Source: Phoronis australis (taxonomy: Eukaryota > Animalia > Phoronida). From it: 64,000 bases of DNA. Location: assembly GCA_002633005.1 (NCBI GenBank), contig NMRA01000480.1, forward strand, positions 254,172-318,171. The letters run 5' to 3'. Positions 1 through 11,927 of the stretch are shown in pieces (the stretch's first letter is position 1; each line of letters opens with the position of its first letter). The position numbers were made by a program, and so were the translations under genes. Below the pieces are notes generated by a model. That model was not told the DNA's origin. It ran no database searches and saw nothing but the letters and a program-made list of their open reading frames with translations.

Positions 1-83
1 TAACCAAAGGATCCCATTCCACCAACCCTGTGCTATGAATTTTCGCTTTGGTGACAACATTCACGACGTAATTGCCGTCAGCG
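1..83 (-). CDS. nAChR alpha-like subunit, next exon (loop E), runs off the window edge
   Basis: TTTTTTACAG | C GCT GAC GGC AAT TAC..., translating (N)ADGNYVVNVVTKAKIHSTGLVEWDPLV. The phase matches the preceding phase-2 donor. Confidence 0.93.
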
Positions 84-1099
84 CTGTAAAAAATGATCGT
101 AACAATTACTAAAATACGCATTTCGTCATGTTTAGCTTGCCTTTTAAACCCATAAAATCGGTATGTTAATATTATTTGCGTTATAGAAATCTATTTCTGT
201 TACCAACAAGAACGCCGAAACAGTCAGCAAACGTTTCAGAGCTCATTGCTTAGCCAGTCCTAAAATTAGCAAATTCGACAATAACACATGCATACATTGT
301 TTGTGATTTGAGTTGATACCGGAAATGGAATCCTATCACACAATGGAATATTTAGACTAGACTACTCCTATCTATTCAATATATAGCGAGAATCTGGCTT
401 ATGACTGGCAGTAAAGATGAGGTAGCGTAACTTAGCAGCACAGGGTGGTCCCTCAACACCGGCCTTAGCCTCGTTCCAGCATCCAGCGCGCAGTCGACTT
501 CGTGAAATCCATAGCACATGGACCGTCAACTCCGAAATCTTTGATCTTATCCATAAGCCGTGACGTAACTGTTCACTAGCGACACGTTTTCCTTCCAGCA
601 AGTACGTCGTCTGCAAATCATGGTCGGCTACTGTGTGGTCGGGTGCCAAAAGTACCCACGGCAACAGAAGTTCTACTATTGGAAGACTTTGAACAGCGTT
701 TCATTTTGTTGTACTGGACAGCAAAATAGATGCAAGAATTTCCGGTCACGACACACTAACCGGAAGCAGAGTTTGCCTTGTTTAGAGGGTGGCGCCTCAT
801 CTATAGGATATTGGGCAAGAAAATGTCGGAGTTGCGAATCTGTTGTCTATAATCTAAGGTGAAATCAGAAAAAAATAGTCAAGTTCCTGACTGCATTTTT
901 GGAAAATACGAGTTGACTACTAGGTGTCATTTCATTATTACGCATTTACTACGAACTAACACCACCGCTGTACATGTATATGCGAAAAGTGCGATTTCAA
1001 ATGTTGTGCAGTTGTCCAGATGCCACCAACATGGATTTTAAAAAGACTAGAGAGAAGTATTGTGTTGAGGTAGCTGTTGACATGTCTTCGTATTATACA

Positions 1100-1215
1100 G
1101 CATATATGGTAATTAGCATAACTGTAATTCGCATAATAGTAATTATCATAATGACAATTAGCATAGCGATAATTAGCATAATGATAATTAGCATAATGAT
1201 AATAAGCATAATGCA
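1100..1215. repeat. Low-complexity (ATAATTAGC/ATAATG)-type tandem repeat
   Basis: Repeated taattagcataatga units of about 15 bp; these explain the spurious Ile/Met-rich ORFs. Confidence 0.8.
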
Positions 1216-1628
1216 TTATGCCCAGAGCAACAAGAAAATAAAAAATGAAAGCCCTCTGAAGAGCGACACCTGGTGAAAGACATTAGAAATTCAAAGGTGA
1301 GAATGACGACAAAACCAACATAAACAATGACGTCTCTGACACTTATTACACTGACGTATTAGATATCCCGTAAGACCATCTATTTACGTACCAAATTTTA
1401 TACGTTCAGTCAAAGAGTCGCGGAGCTGGAGCTCCACAAGCATAATTCAAAAAATGACCGTTACAGCTTGCGTTCGATTTCGCCCAAGAACAAAAGCCCT
1501 TGGGCTATTGACCAACTTAGGTAGAAAAACGTTGATCAGACGAAAACTGAGATCTCTAGAACAAATCTGATAGGCTAACAAAGCAGCTATAAATAAAGAC
1601 AACAAAAGAGCAGTCACCTGAGCATTAA

Positions 1629-4061
1629 GAACCATTCCACGAGAAAATCAGAAGAAATGAAAAAATCACTCCAGGGTCATCTTCCATATTCAGTTTTAAC
1701 TTTGTGTATGTGATCACAGTGAGGCACTGATACAAAAATCACTAATTTTACACTTATTGGCCTCTTGCTTTGTTACCTACATGCCTTCAAAGGTTTACGA
1801 AGAAAATGAAAGTTTTTGCATAGAGAAAACAGCAATTTTCCAATATAAAAACAGGTAGATTGAATGCAATTAGAGAAAACACATAATGTGATTAGGAAGT
1901 GGAACATGAGGACTAACAAATAAAATTGATATTGATGACTTCGCCGTATTCTTCACGTGACAGAGTAGGTAAATCCGTAATTGATATTAATGACTTCGCC
2001 GTATTCTTCACGTGACAGAGTAGGTAAATCCGTAATTGATATTAATGACTTCGCCGTATTCTTCACGTGACAGAGTAGGTAAATCCGTAAGCACTCTTTT
2101 GTTGTGTTAAAAGTGAGTGTCACTCAAGTGTATCTACAAGCCAGTTTGCGGGGCTGTGGACATTGAAATTTATGTTTTTGATTAGATCTGGACATGTGAA
2201 CAAATTTTAAAAATCTCGAATGGACTCTTGTTCTAAAATAACCCAATGTTGCGTATTCTACATTTTTTTAAACGAATGTGTTTCTAACTTTGTTACATTT
2301 AAGATTGTGTCAAGAAAGATAATTAATGGAAATCAACATTTTAATGACCATAATGGTGTCTGACATATCTATAGTACCAGTTCACCCACTAAGGGTTAAT
2401 AACTTATTGTGGGTCACAGGTTACGCATATACAAGTGATCTCATATTTGCCTAGTGCCAATACCCAAAACGGTTGATGTTGTTAGAGACAATTTTTAGGC
2501 TGACATGAATAAATAATGTAATTTTCAATGAAAAAATCCGATTTATGAAATATTTCAAAAAAATTAAGCTTACATTTATAAAAAATATTTTGAATAAAGG
2601 GTTCGATACTGTATGAAGCGGTCGAACCGAAATAATTTTTTACTTTGCAGCCAGATACCTACTTCACAGGAAAGGCGTCAATGTGTGGTATACAAAAATG
2701 AAAAAAAAAATCAAAATCGCATTGTGTACTCAAATGTTATCGCTATTTATGTGCCGAATTTTGACATTATTTCGGTTGAGTCGGCCATCTTGCAATGTCA
2801 GTAGCATTGGTTACGTACTTAAAGGGCTTAAACATTATTTTCACAATCATTCCAGCACTAAAATGGACTGTTCTATAACCCCCTCGACCCCCTCACCCCT
2901 CGACCCACGATCCCCTCGACCCACAACCTCCTCGATCCACGACTTGTGGCAACAGAGGTATTTTTTGCTTTTTGCATATTTCATAATCATATTACGTCGC
3001 CGAGTGACATTCTCATAACACAGACCTACGCGCGATTCTGCTCTGGCTCAAGTCTGGTGATTAAAAACAGTAAGTGGCGTGAGAACGTGATCTGAAATAG
3101 CGCATTGTGAGCGCGCCATCGTTGTCAAGGAAATAGTTCCATGAGCGGCTACCAATGGCCCAATTCTACTAACCTTGGCTTAATTAGATGTAAGAGTGGA
3201 AAACGATAACGACGCTTGAGTGCAGCATGCAAACGACGTTTCGATGTTAATTAAAAGTCATCCTCAGCTACAATTGTAGACAGAAATAAAATATCATTAC
3301 AGAATTAGATTAATATTGAAACGTCGTTCTCAAATATGCATGTGCCATCGTTTCCTCGCTGGAAGCGTTTTGGCCAAATTTCATGGAATTTCACCAAAGA
3401 AATCTAGTTATAGAAACTGCCGCCAGGGGCCAGCAGTAGTCAAAGTATCTGGAAATTGAAGACGACTGATTTGATTACCATAGAAACATATTTGAAAAAG
3501 TAATGAAGCCCTTTTATGAGCTTTATGAGATACAGCTACACATTGCCCGCATTTGACTGTTGCTTGAAAACAAACAAAAAGCCCATTTATTTTTTTATTT
3601 TGTTAGACAGCAAACCGCTGAAAAACATCATCGAAAATCACTATCACCCCGCAAACTGGCCCCCAGAGCACCTCAAAAATGGCTAAAAATCAAACACACA
3701 AAACTGGGCAAAATTTAACGAATTTTGGCAACCCACTGAAGGTTAACGGAAACACCTTTGAAAATTCCAAGACTGTCTTCTGATATAGAGGTTCAATGTC
3801 TACATAACCATTATAAATACATTTTCTTTCCCGTTCTTTTAAGCCTTTTTAAAACAACTTTACTAACTGAACCTTTTTGAACCAAAAATGAGCTATTTTG
3901 GGTCAAAATGTTTGTGATGCCATAACTTAAAAAGTAGTGTCCTAAAAGTTTCAAATAAGTATTTTGAACATATCCCACCAGGATGTATGTTCACACAATT
4001 TTTTCAAGATCTGACTAGGTGACCCAGGTGTCGACCTTTTGGTATTCTCGTGGAATGACTC
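1629..4061. mobile_element. Non-autonomous TIR DNA transposon (Kolobok-like)
   Basis: TTAA|GAACCATTCCACGAGAA at the left end and its near reverse complement TTCTCGTGGAATGACTC|TTCA at the right end. No intact ORF. Confidence 0.6.
1925..2089. repeat. 55-bp tandem repeat x3
   Basis: attgatattaatgacttcgccgtattcttcacgtgacagagtaggtaaatccgta starting at 1925, 1980 and 2035. Confidence 0.95.
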
Positions 4062-4261
4062 TTCAATCGCAAATACACGATAACGATAACTCGTAGCAAG
4101 AAACAGGTTTCATGTGGCTGATAGCGCTTGAAAAGATCTATGCACATACCAAATTTCAGACGGATCTGTCAATACCGAAGATACGGCACAAAAACTCAGT
4201 TATTTGCTGACCAGTTCTCGGAAATCTCGAATAACTGCAGCGACCTGTAGCGTGCGAACAA

Positions 4262-4305
4262 AAACCAACCAAAAACAAACAAACAAACAAACAAACAAAC
4301 AAACA
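4262..4305. repeat. (AAAC)n microsatellite
   Basis: Read directly from the sequence. Confidence 0.9.
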
Positions 4306-4550
4306 ACTAAAAGTTTCTGCAAAGCAACGTACTTGGGACATATTTCATTTCACCATGTAACAGCAAATAAACCGTACTTGATTTGTTGACGGTACACACC
4401 TTTTCAAGTAAGGTGGCACTGCACAGCTAGACTGAACTGCAGTGTATAGTTACAGGAAACCATAGAATCATACGCAAGCGCATCCGAATCATACACAGAA
4501 ATTACCAAAGGACAAAGAATTCGTGCGTGTGATTTGATGCTCATGTGTAT

Positions 4551-4745
4551 GATTTTGTGTTCGTGTGTATACTATAATATTTGTGGCTCGTGCGCATGAT
4601 GATTTTGTGTTCGTATGTATAATATCTGTGGCTCGTGCGCATGTTGACTTTGTGTTCGTATGTATAATATTTGTGGCTCGTGAGCATGATGACTTTGTGT
4701 TCGTATGTATAATATTTGTGGCTCGTGCGCATGATGATTTTTGTT
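4551..4745. repeat. 45-bp minisatellite x~4
   Basis: gattttgtgttcgtatgtataatatttgtggctcgtgcgcatgat units. Confidence 0.92.
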
Positions 4746-5919
4746 GATATGCTTGATTTTGAGTTCATATGCATGATTCATGGGTGTCTATGCATGTTCC
4801 ATTGGTCCATAGGTGGTTCTTGCGTAAGAGGTGATGCTCGTGCTTAAGAAACGATGTTCTGGCGTGTGATTCTATGCCACCCCTGAATTAGAGTGCAGTC
4901 GCGGTCAATTTGCACTGTAGCGTTAGAGTGTATTCTCAGAAAAGTTGCACTCACTAGACATTAAAAAGTTTGGGGGCATGCAGTTTTGAGATAGGCTACA
5001 TGTATAATAGTAAGCTCAGTGAATCTACTATTCTTGTATTTGTGAATATGTTGGGAATGGGAAAGGCCCACTAGTTCGCCTATAGATACAGTTGTATTTA
5101 AAATGGCGACCCTTTATAGCATTGCTGCATTTCTGCGTAGCAACAGAGACATCTGCTGAGATTTCAGGTAGCCGCCAAACAACCCAGGATTGCAATCAAA
5201 TCTAGTAGAATGTATTACATTTTTGGAATGTGTAGAAAATGTGCTTTCAGAATCTAGTATAGGGGCCTGAAAACTGTCAATCTTGCGTTTTTACTACCTT
5301 TTCAGAGCCCTTTTAGTGGCAGTGGAATAGTCAAACCATGACACAGAACACATTTGTCTGTGGCGAAACGACCAACAGCGTTTCAGTATTCATAAAGTTT
5401 TAAACACAGTGGAAGAAAGAAAACAAGTCCCGTGACGTGTGTATTGCCAGTCAAAGCCCAGCGAGAACTGTGTAGTGCCTGCTTAACTAGAAAGACCATA
5501 TTTCAGCTTCGTCTTGGCACTACAAGTCTTTTATCTGTCATCAATACAATCAGCTGATTAGTTTTTCTTATGTTTTTTCATTTTAGGTAATAAATCAGCT
5601 GATGATAAATAGCCCGGCCTGAAAAACAGGACCGGACATGTCCGAACATCCCGAAAACATGGACAGACATACCTAAAAACCAACGAGGTTCACGTTTTTA
5701 CTTAATAACGTGAACGAGTAGGTAGAAATGAAGTACTTTGAATGAAATTTTGAAAATGTGATTTTTTAAGCATTAAGGCGAAATTTGAGCACCGAAACAT
5801 TGTCAAATTCGGGCACCAATTCTTCTCTGTCACCAAAACCACCGCAATACTTTTTGTTATACGGTTTCAGTGTTTCAATAAAAATCAAAAAATAATTCTG
5901 ACGTAGATCAGCTGATGGC

Positions 5920-6432
5920 AAATAATCCGACCTGACTGGGCATGTCTGAATACCACATAAGTCAAAACAGTCAAATAATCCTGCCTGTGTGGGCATGTTT
6001 GAATACCAGTAATGGTGGTAAATAATCCCGCATATGTGGGCATGTTTGAATACCAGTAATGGTGGTAAATAATCCCGCATGTGTGTGCATGTTTGAATAC
6101 CAGTTATGGTGGTAAATAATCCCGCATGTGTGGGCATGTTTGAATACCAGTAAGGTGGTAAATAATCCCGCATGTGTGGACATGTTTGAATACCAATAAT
6201 GGTGGTAAATAATCCCGCATGTGTGGACATGTTTGAATACCAGTAATGGTGGTAAATAATCCCGCATGTGTGGGCATGTTTGAATACCAGTAATGGTGGT
6301 AAATAATCCCGCATGTGTGGACATGTTTGAATACCAGTAATGGTGGTAAATAATCCTGCCTGTGTGGGCATGTTTGAATACCACTAAAATCAAATAATCC
6401 GGCCTGGGTGGACATATCTGAATACCACTAAA
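5920..6432. repeat. 47-bp minisatellite x~10
   Basis: aaataatcccgcatgtgtgggcatgtttgaataccagtaatggtggt units; these explain three overlapping spurious ORFs. Confidence 0.95.
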
Positions 6433-6893
6433 GTCAAAACTGTGCCAGGGTTCATGTTTTTACTTCCTACAGTAGACGATCAGATAGAAAGGAACTATTT
6501 TGAATCTTTTCCTCTGTTCGTAGAATTGGCGAAAGGGAGTAAGAAAGGCAAAAATCCAGCAACGTGTCCACAGCGAGAGCTGTTCACTGCCTCCTAACGA
6601 AACGTTCCTTCACAACGTCTCGTGAAGAACCAAGACGACATTATAGACCGGGATCCAAGACCATTTTTGGGCAGGAAAAGTTAACCAATTTTCTTTGGTG
6701 CCACAGTGCTCTGTGGGTATCCTAATGCTTGGAAATGGCCGTCTCGCAGGTTCCCTCTGGTGGGTGTTAAGTGACAACACATAATGTAGGGAGAGTCAGC
6801 TCACGTGGCTTGTCCAAATAAGGAAGCCAACACTATCAAGAATTCGGTTTGAGCAAAAGCGACTGCTCGCTGACGGCCGGAACGAGGTTAATT

Positions 6894-7270
6894 CATGGGC
6901 GCACCCGTGGGGGGGGGCTCGGGGGATCGAACTAGCCCCCCAATTTGGCGAATTGGGGGGGGGGCTTGCCTCAGCGAAACGAAAAGTCCTAGTAAAGAAG
7001 AAACAAATCCACAAAGCCCAAAGGGACACAAACCGTAGGCCTGAACCTAGTCAACCCGTTTAAGGGACACAAACCGTAGGCCTGAACCTAGTTAACCCGT
7101 TTAAGGGACACAAACCGTAGGCCTGAACCTAGTCAACACGTTTAAGGGACACAAACCGTAGGCCTGAACCTAGTCAACCCGTTTTTTAGTCCTCGCTGAG
7201 TTTTTTCAGTCAAAGGTCGGCATACCGAAAAATTCGAGCCCCCCTATAATTTAAGCTGGGTGCGCACATT
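6894..7270. mobile_element. MITE (CATG-GCGCACCC TIR family) containing a 41-bp tandem repeat x4 (7021-7183)
   Basis: Left end CATGGGCGCACCC, right end GGGTGCGCACAT. Related copies lie at 15022 and ~22650. Confidence 0.7.
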
Positions 7271-7508
7271 TTATGAGGCCGATTTTACGAGACAAAGGTG
7301 TCATTCAATTTTCGTTATTCAATCACCTAAAGAGGACGAAACGCAACATTGTAACAAACAATCTGATTCTTAGGACTTATCCTGTTGAACACATACGAGG
7401 GATATATTTCCCAGCTTGAAGCTTCACGTTATTGGTGTTGCAGTTGGAAAAAGACTACCGAAACTTCTATAAGTTCAATCATTGATCAATATCCCCCAGC
7501 CGACTTAC

Positions 7509-7618
7509 TTATTGTACAATACAATATCTGGAACCCATATTTCATCCGAAGGCACGTAAAGCTTGTCAACTCCACCGTACTTTTTCGGATCCCACGTAAG
7601 CTTATGGTCATACCAAGC
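7509..7618 (-). CDS. nAChR alpha-like subunit, 110-bp exon (loop A)
   Basis: TTGTAG | [36 protein letters not shown](N) | GTAAGT. This is the conserved 110-nt exon with the WxPDIVLYN motif and a phase-2 donor. Confidence 0.96.
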
Positions 7619-7981
7619 CTACAATTAAACAAATCGCCGGTCAAAGTATACACATTTAAGCAGCGCACATCAAAAATTCGTGAAATATGTCACTGAGCCT
7701 AATCTGTACTCAAAACAAAGTCTGTGTTATCTCCATGTCTACAGTATCAGATGAGTTTTGTTTGGGACTGTTTTTTACGCCAAGCGAGGTGAAGGCTTCT
7801 TACCCTATTTGCAATAAATTTTTATTTCCTACGACCCCCTTAACTTAGTTTACCAAAAACTATAACCACTTTCCAGCCAAAACACAATCCAACTTAACCG
7901 TACACGATAATGTATAAAATGCCAATTTAGTTTTGAAGCGATACTGTTACCTGAGAATTTATCAATAAATATTTAGCTACG

Positions 7982-8110
7982 TACTAATTGAGGTCATTGA
8001 TGTATCTAAGTAATTACTAATTGAGGTCATTGATGTATCTAAGTAATTACTAATTGAGGTCATTGATGTATCTAAGTAATTACTAATTGAGGTCATTGAT
8101 GTATCTAGGT
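7982..8110. repeat. 33-bp minisatellite x4
   Basis: tactaattgaggtcattgatgtatctaagtaat units. Confidence 0.95.
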
Positions 8111-10441
8111 AACATGGTGAAGTTATCAAACCATACTCAGTTACCTGTAAATGTATTTTATCAAACTTGAGTCAGTTAGCTGAAAATATATTTTATCAAA
8201 CTTTACTCATTTACATATAGATGTTTTTATCAAACCGTTAAAATGCCGGCAATCTAGTGGCGTAGTGAGCACCTCCTTGCTCCCCCCTCGTCAACACTTC
8301 ACTCAAGTGGCGCCCACCCCTACCCCCGGTTTGTAGCTGTGTAACCCCCCAGTTAACAGATGTCTGGTGTCCCCCTTGGACGACACCTGTTTTCACGCTA
8401 GGCGGCAACAGCACAGAATCAATCAATAGGTATGTTTGCTGTGAAGTCAGTACCATTGTGTTGAACTGTGTTCACCAAATTTCTATCATGAACAGAGTCA
8501 TTAATAAAATTTTCTTGCATCAATTGACCTTGAATGTATGCCTTTTCACACCGTTAATGAGCTCACTGTCCGAAATATTCAACGTTCGGGTGGCCGGCAA
8601 CCGGTGTGGAGATTAAAATTCATAGCAACCTGCAGGGACATTACAATATGAACGCAAAATTACGATGAGTTTTGACCAAGTTGATTTTTTTTGCACTGAA
8701 CAGAGGACCAAAACGCCTTAGGTGCCTCCCTTCCTATGCCAGTGCCTCTCACAACGAATATAAACTAGAAAGATTATTGTCAGGGCGTGACAATAATGGA
8801 CTCTGCGCATGCGTATTACTGGAATTGTTTTGGGAATTTACTGATAGCAACCCGTTTACCAATATGAAAAGGAATTCTTAAAAAATGTAAGAGAAATTAC
8901 ATGTTAATATTTTGATGACCTTTCCACTAATTGACCTCTTCCGGTGCATTATGAACCCCGACGAGGAAATAATTGGAAACTCGATTTAAAGTGTGGTTAA
9001 TGCTAAGAATGACAGATGTTTTACTTTAAGCCCTTCAGAATACAAGATGAATGAATTGGCCAAACTCTCAGAAGAAAAATGCACCTAATGACCCCATGGG
9101 TGCACCAAATGACCTGAAAATCAAGAATTCCAACTCAATCGCTTTTAATAAACAGATATGTAATTTTGAAGTTTATAGCTCAAAATTTTAGTTTGCACTT
9201 AATGACCTTTGACCTATTTTTCTTGATTCGTTAGGTCTATTGCGTAATAAAGTAGGGTGCTGAATTGGCATGTTGACTTACATCAGTGTGCTAAAATTGT
9301 AAACAATTCCTTGAAAAACGTAAGATATAACATTTTGAACGTTAGATGACCTTTGCACTAATTGACCCTATCCGGTGCATTATAAGCATCTTAAGGAGAA
9401 TTATGGCAAAGACCATGAAAAATGTATTTAATGCTGAGAATCACGGTTGTCTAACGGTTGACACATCAGAATACTTGGTGAATTAATAAGTCAAATTTTC
9501 AGAAGAAAAATGCAACTAATGACCCCATGTTTGCACTAAATGACCTGAAACTTTGGATTCCGAATTGAATTACCTGTGCCAATCAGACCTGTGGATTTGA
9601 AGTGTCTAGCTCAAAATCTTAGTTGGCACCTAATGACCTTTGACCTGCTTAACCTGATTGGATGACCCGATTACTTAGAAAAGTAATTTTTAAATTGCCT
9701 TATTGACTTATACCTGTGTACCGAATTTAAAAATAATGGCTTTTAAAATAAAGGTGTAGCATTTTGAAAATTATATGACCTGTGCACCAAATGACCTCCT
9801 CCGGTGCAATGTGGAACATGATTATATAACGAATCAAAATTTATGTACTGTCAAAAATCATATGCTGATTTTAAAGAACGTACCTGCACCCAATTTGGAG
9901 TTATTAAGCCTGAAAGTTGGTCTGAAGAAGAATAGGAAGAACTAGAAAGATTATTGCCACGGCGTGACAATAATGGACTCTGCGAGTGTGCAGTACTGGA
10001 ATTGTTTTGGGAAGTTACTGACAGCAACCCGTTTACCAATATAAATAGGAATTCTTTAAAATTGTGGAAGAAATTTCATGTTAATATTTTGATGACCTTT
10101 CCACTAATTGACCTCTTCCGGCGCATTATGAACCCCGATCAGGGAATAATTGTAAACTCGATTGATATTGTTGGTCATGCTAAGAATCGCAGATGTTTTA
10201 CTTTAAGCACTTCAGAATACAAGATGAATGAATTGGTCAAAGTTTCTGAAGGAAAATGCACCTAATGACCCCATGGGTGCACCAAATGACCTAAAACTTA
10301 GAATTCAAACTCAGTCGCATGTAGTAAACAGACATGTAATTTTGAAGTCTCTAACTCAAAATTTTAGTTTGCACTCAATGGCCTTTGACCTATTTTTTCT
10401 GATTGGATAGGCCTATTGCGTAGTAAAGCAGGGTGTTCAAT

Positions 10442-11927
10442 AGCGGATTTGCAGCGACGCCATATTGAAATTAGGTTAAAATGGTGCATTGTGGGTGCTG
10501 TGGTCAGGATTCCGAAGGCGGCCATAGTATCAAGCATAATACGCGGAATGAGCGCGAAGAAAACTTACGGCGGATACACTTGTTGTGTTCCTGGCTGCTT
10601 CAAAAACAACAAGAGAGATAAAAATCCGAGTTTTTATGTGTTCCCTGCAAACCAAGAACTTCGTGAAAAATGGATAGACAACATTAGGAGAGCTGGGAGT
10701 AAGGGGAGATTTAGCGCATTCAAACCAACGCGGAGCCATCTAGTAGGCAACACGTAGCCCCTCGGTTGGTCATATAGGGGCTACAATACTTCCATTCGCT
10801 TTCTGTACTCATTTCGTTACTTCAGTGTATTTTAAACAAGTCGTGACCGGATTTGGATTACCGATTTCGAGTTTTCACCTCGTCAAAAATACATTCTACA
10901 CTTAAAACTATCATTTAAAAAACGCTTACTTTCATCGCTGGTCCTTTCTACTTCTATACATATCTTAAGCTTAGTTGTGAGAATTAAGTTGACTTTGGCG
11001 AAGAATTACATCACTTTTTTGGTTGCCGTTAATTTTATCACCGCGTGCGCGATAACCATAAAGCATGTCAACTGAATCACGTGAGTTAGGCAAAGGTTAG
11101 CGCGAGACTCAGCGAAGCGCGTGACGCTAACGCGTGACACTTGTAAAATAGCATGAGAAGGTATCGGGTGAAACTTGTAAGATGTGTGTCTCTTAGACTT
11201 TTTATTCGTCAGCATGCGTAATTTCACGTAACTTCCTCAAAATGGCACCCGGTAACTGAGAGAAACTCGAGCAAACGCGACAGATTTTCATCGATTTGTT
11301 CAAGTTTTGCTGACTAAATTGTATCCAGAGTCGTGGTATGTGTTAATTATAACTCCGTGTTCCTATATGTATGGTTCATTTGATTTTATTTGCTGTATTT
11401 TGAAATGAGTAACTTTTTGTGAGGACGTACTATCGCCCCTGAATGCCTGCGGCATCCAGTGCGGTGTAATTGCCATCGTGTGTGCAGCGAACATTTTCCT
11501 GGTGGAAAAAAGACGTATGAGAACAACATTCCGACGGAGTTTCCTCTTAAAATTAACGTCTCTAGCATATCCACGGCGAAAGCTACAAAAGTTAAGCAAC
11601 CCAAGAACTATCAACTTGTCTGAAATCGGAGGAGATTTCGAAATCAACGCCAATAGGCCCAATACTGAACATGACGACAGTCGTGCCCTCGGTCACACGG
11701 TCACTGATCATAGCTACGTTGTGTTTACGAACGAGAAAGAGAGAGGACTTGCTTGGTATTATAAAGCAAAAAAATGAAACATGGTTTTTAGTTTGCAAAT
11801 CACTCCAAATGCACACACTATCCAGCGGGCTCAAGACATGCCTGACCACAAGCTATCCCATGAGCCTTCGCGCAGGAAGTAACTCGCACATGCGCAATGC
11901 GTAGTTCGTTTGCGCTGCAAATCCGCT
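10442..11927 (+). mobile_element. ISL2EU-like (PIF/Harbinger-related) non-autonomous transposon with a split THAP domain
   Basis: Perfect 15-bp TIRs AGCGGATTTGCAGCG. The AT target-site duplication is shown by the empty site in the sister repeat (gggtgctgaattggcatg at ~9255). It encodes CCVPGC..FYVFP....REKWI (10548-10740) and VCSEHFPGGKKTYENNIPTEFP (from 11479). Confidence 0.8.
10741..11471. mobile_element. Unclassified 731-bp insertion with a 6-bp GCCATC duplication
   Basis: GCCATC at 10735-10740 and 11472-11477; removing the insert restores the THAP reading frame. A hairpin GTAGCCCCT..AGGGGCTAC lies near the left end. Confidence 0.75.

Noticed and set aside
620-862. MVGYCVVGC as a THAP start
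   Set aside because: No downstream P/W/C-x-x-HF residues; too weak to call.
5766-6415. Three overlapping 100-200 aa ORFs with a CRISPR-like regular look
   Set aside because: Pure 47-bp tandem repeat with no unique spacers and no cas genes.
7385-7696. ORF-track proteins on both strands
   Set aside because: Antisense or wrong-frame shadows of the real 110-bp nAChR exon.
10416-10757. Host THAP-domain gene
   Set aside because: Lies within TIRs and a TSD and is split by an insertion, so it is a transposon remnant.
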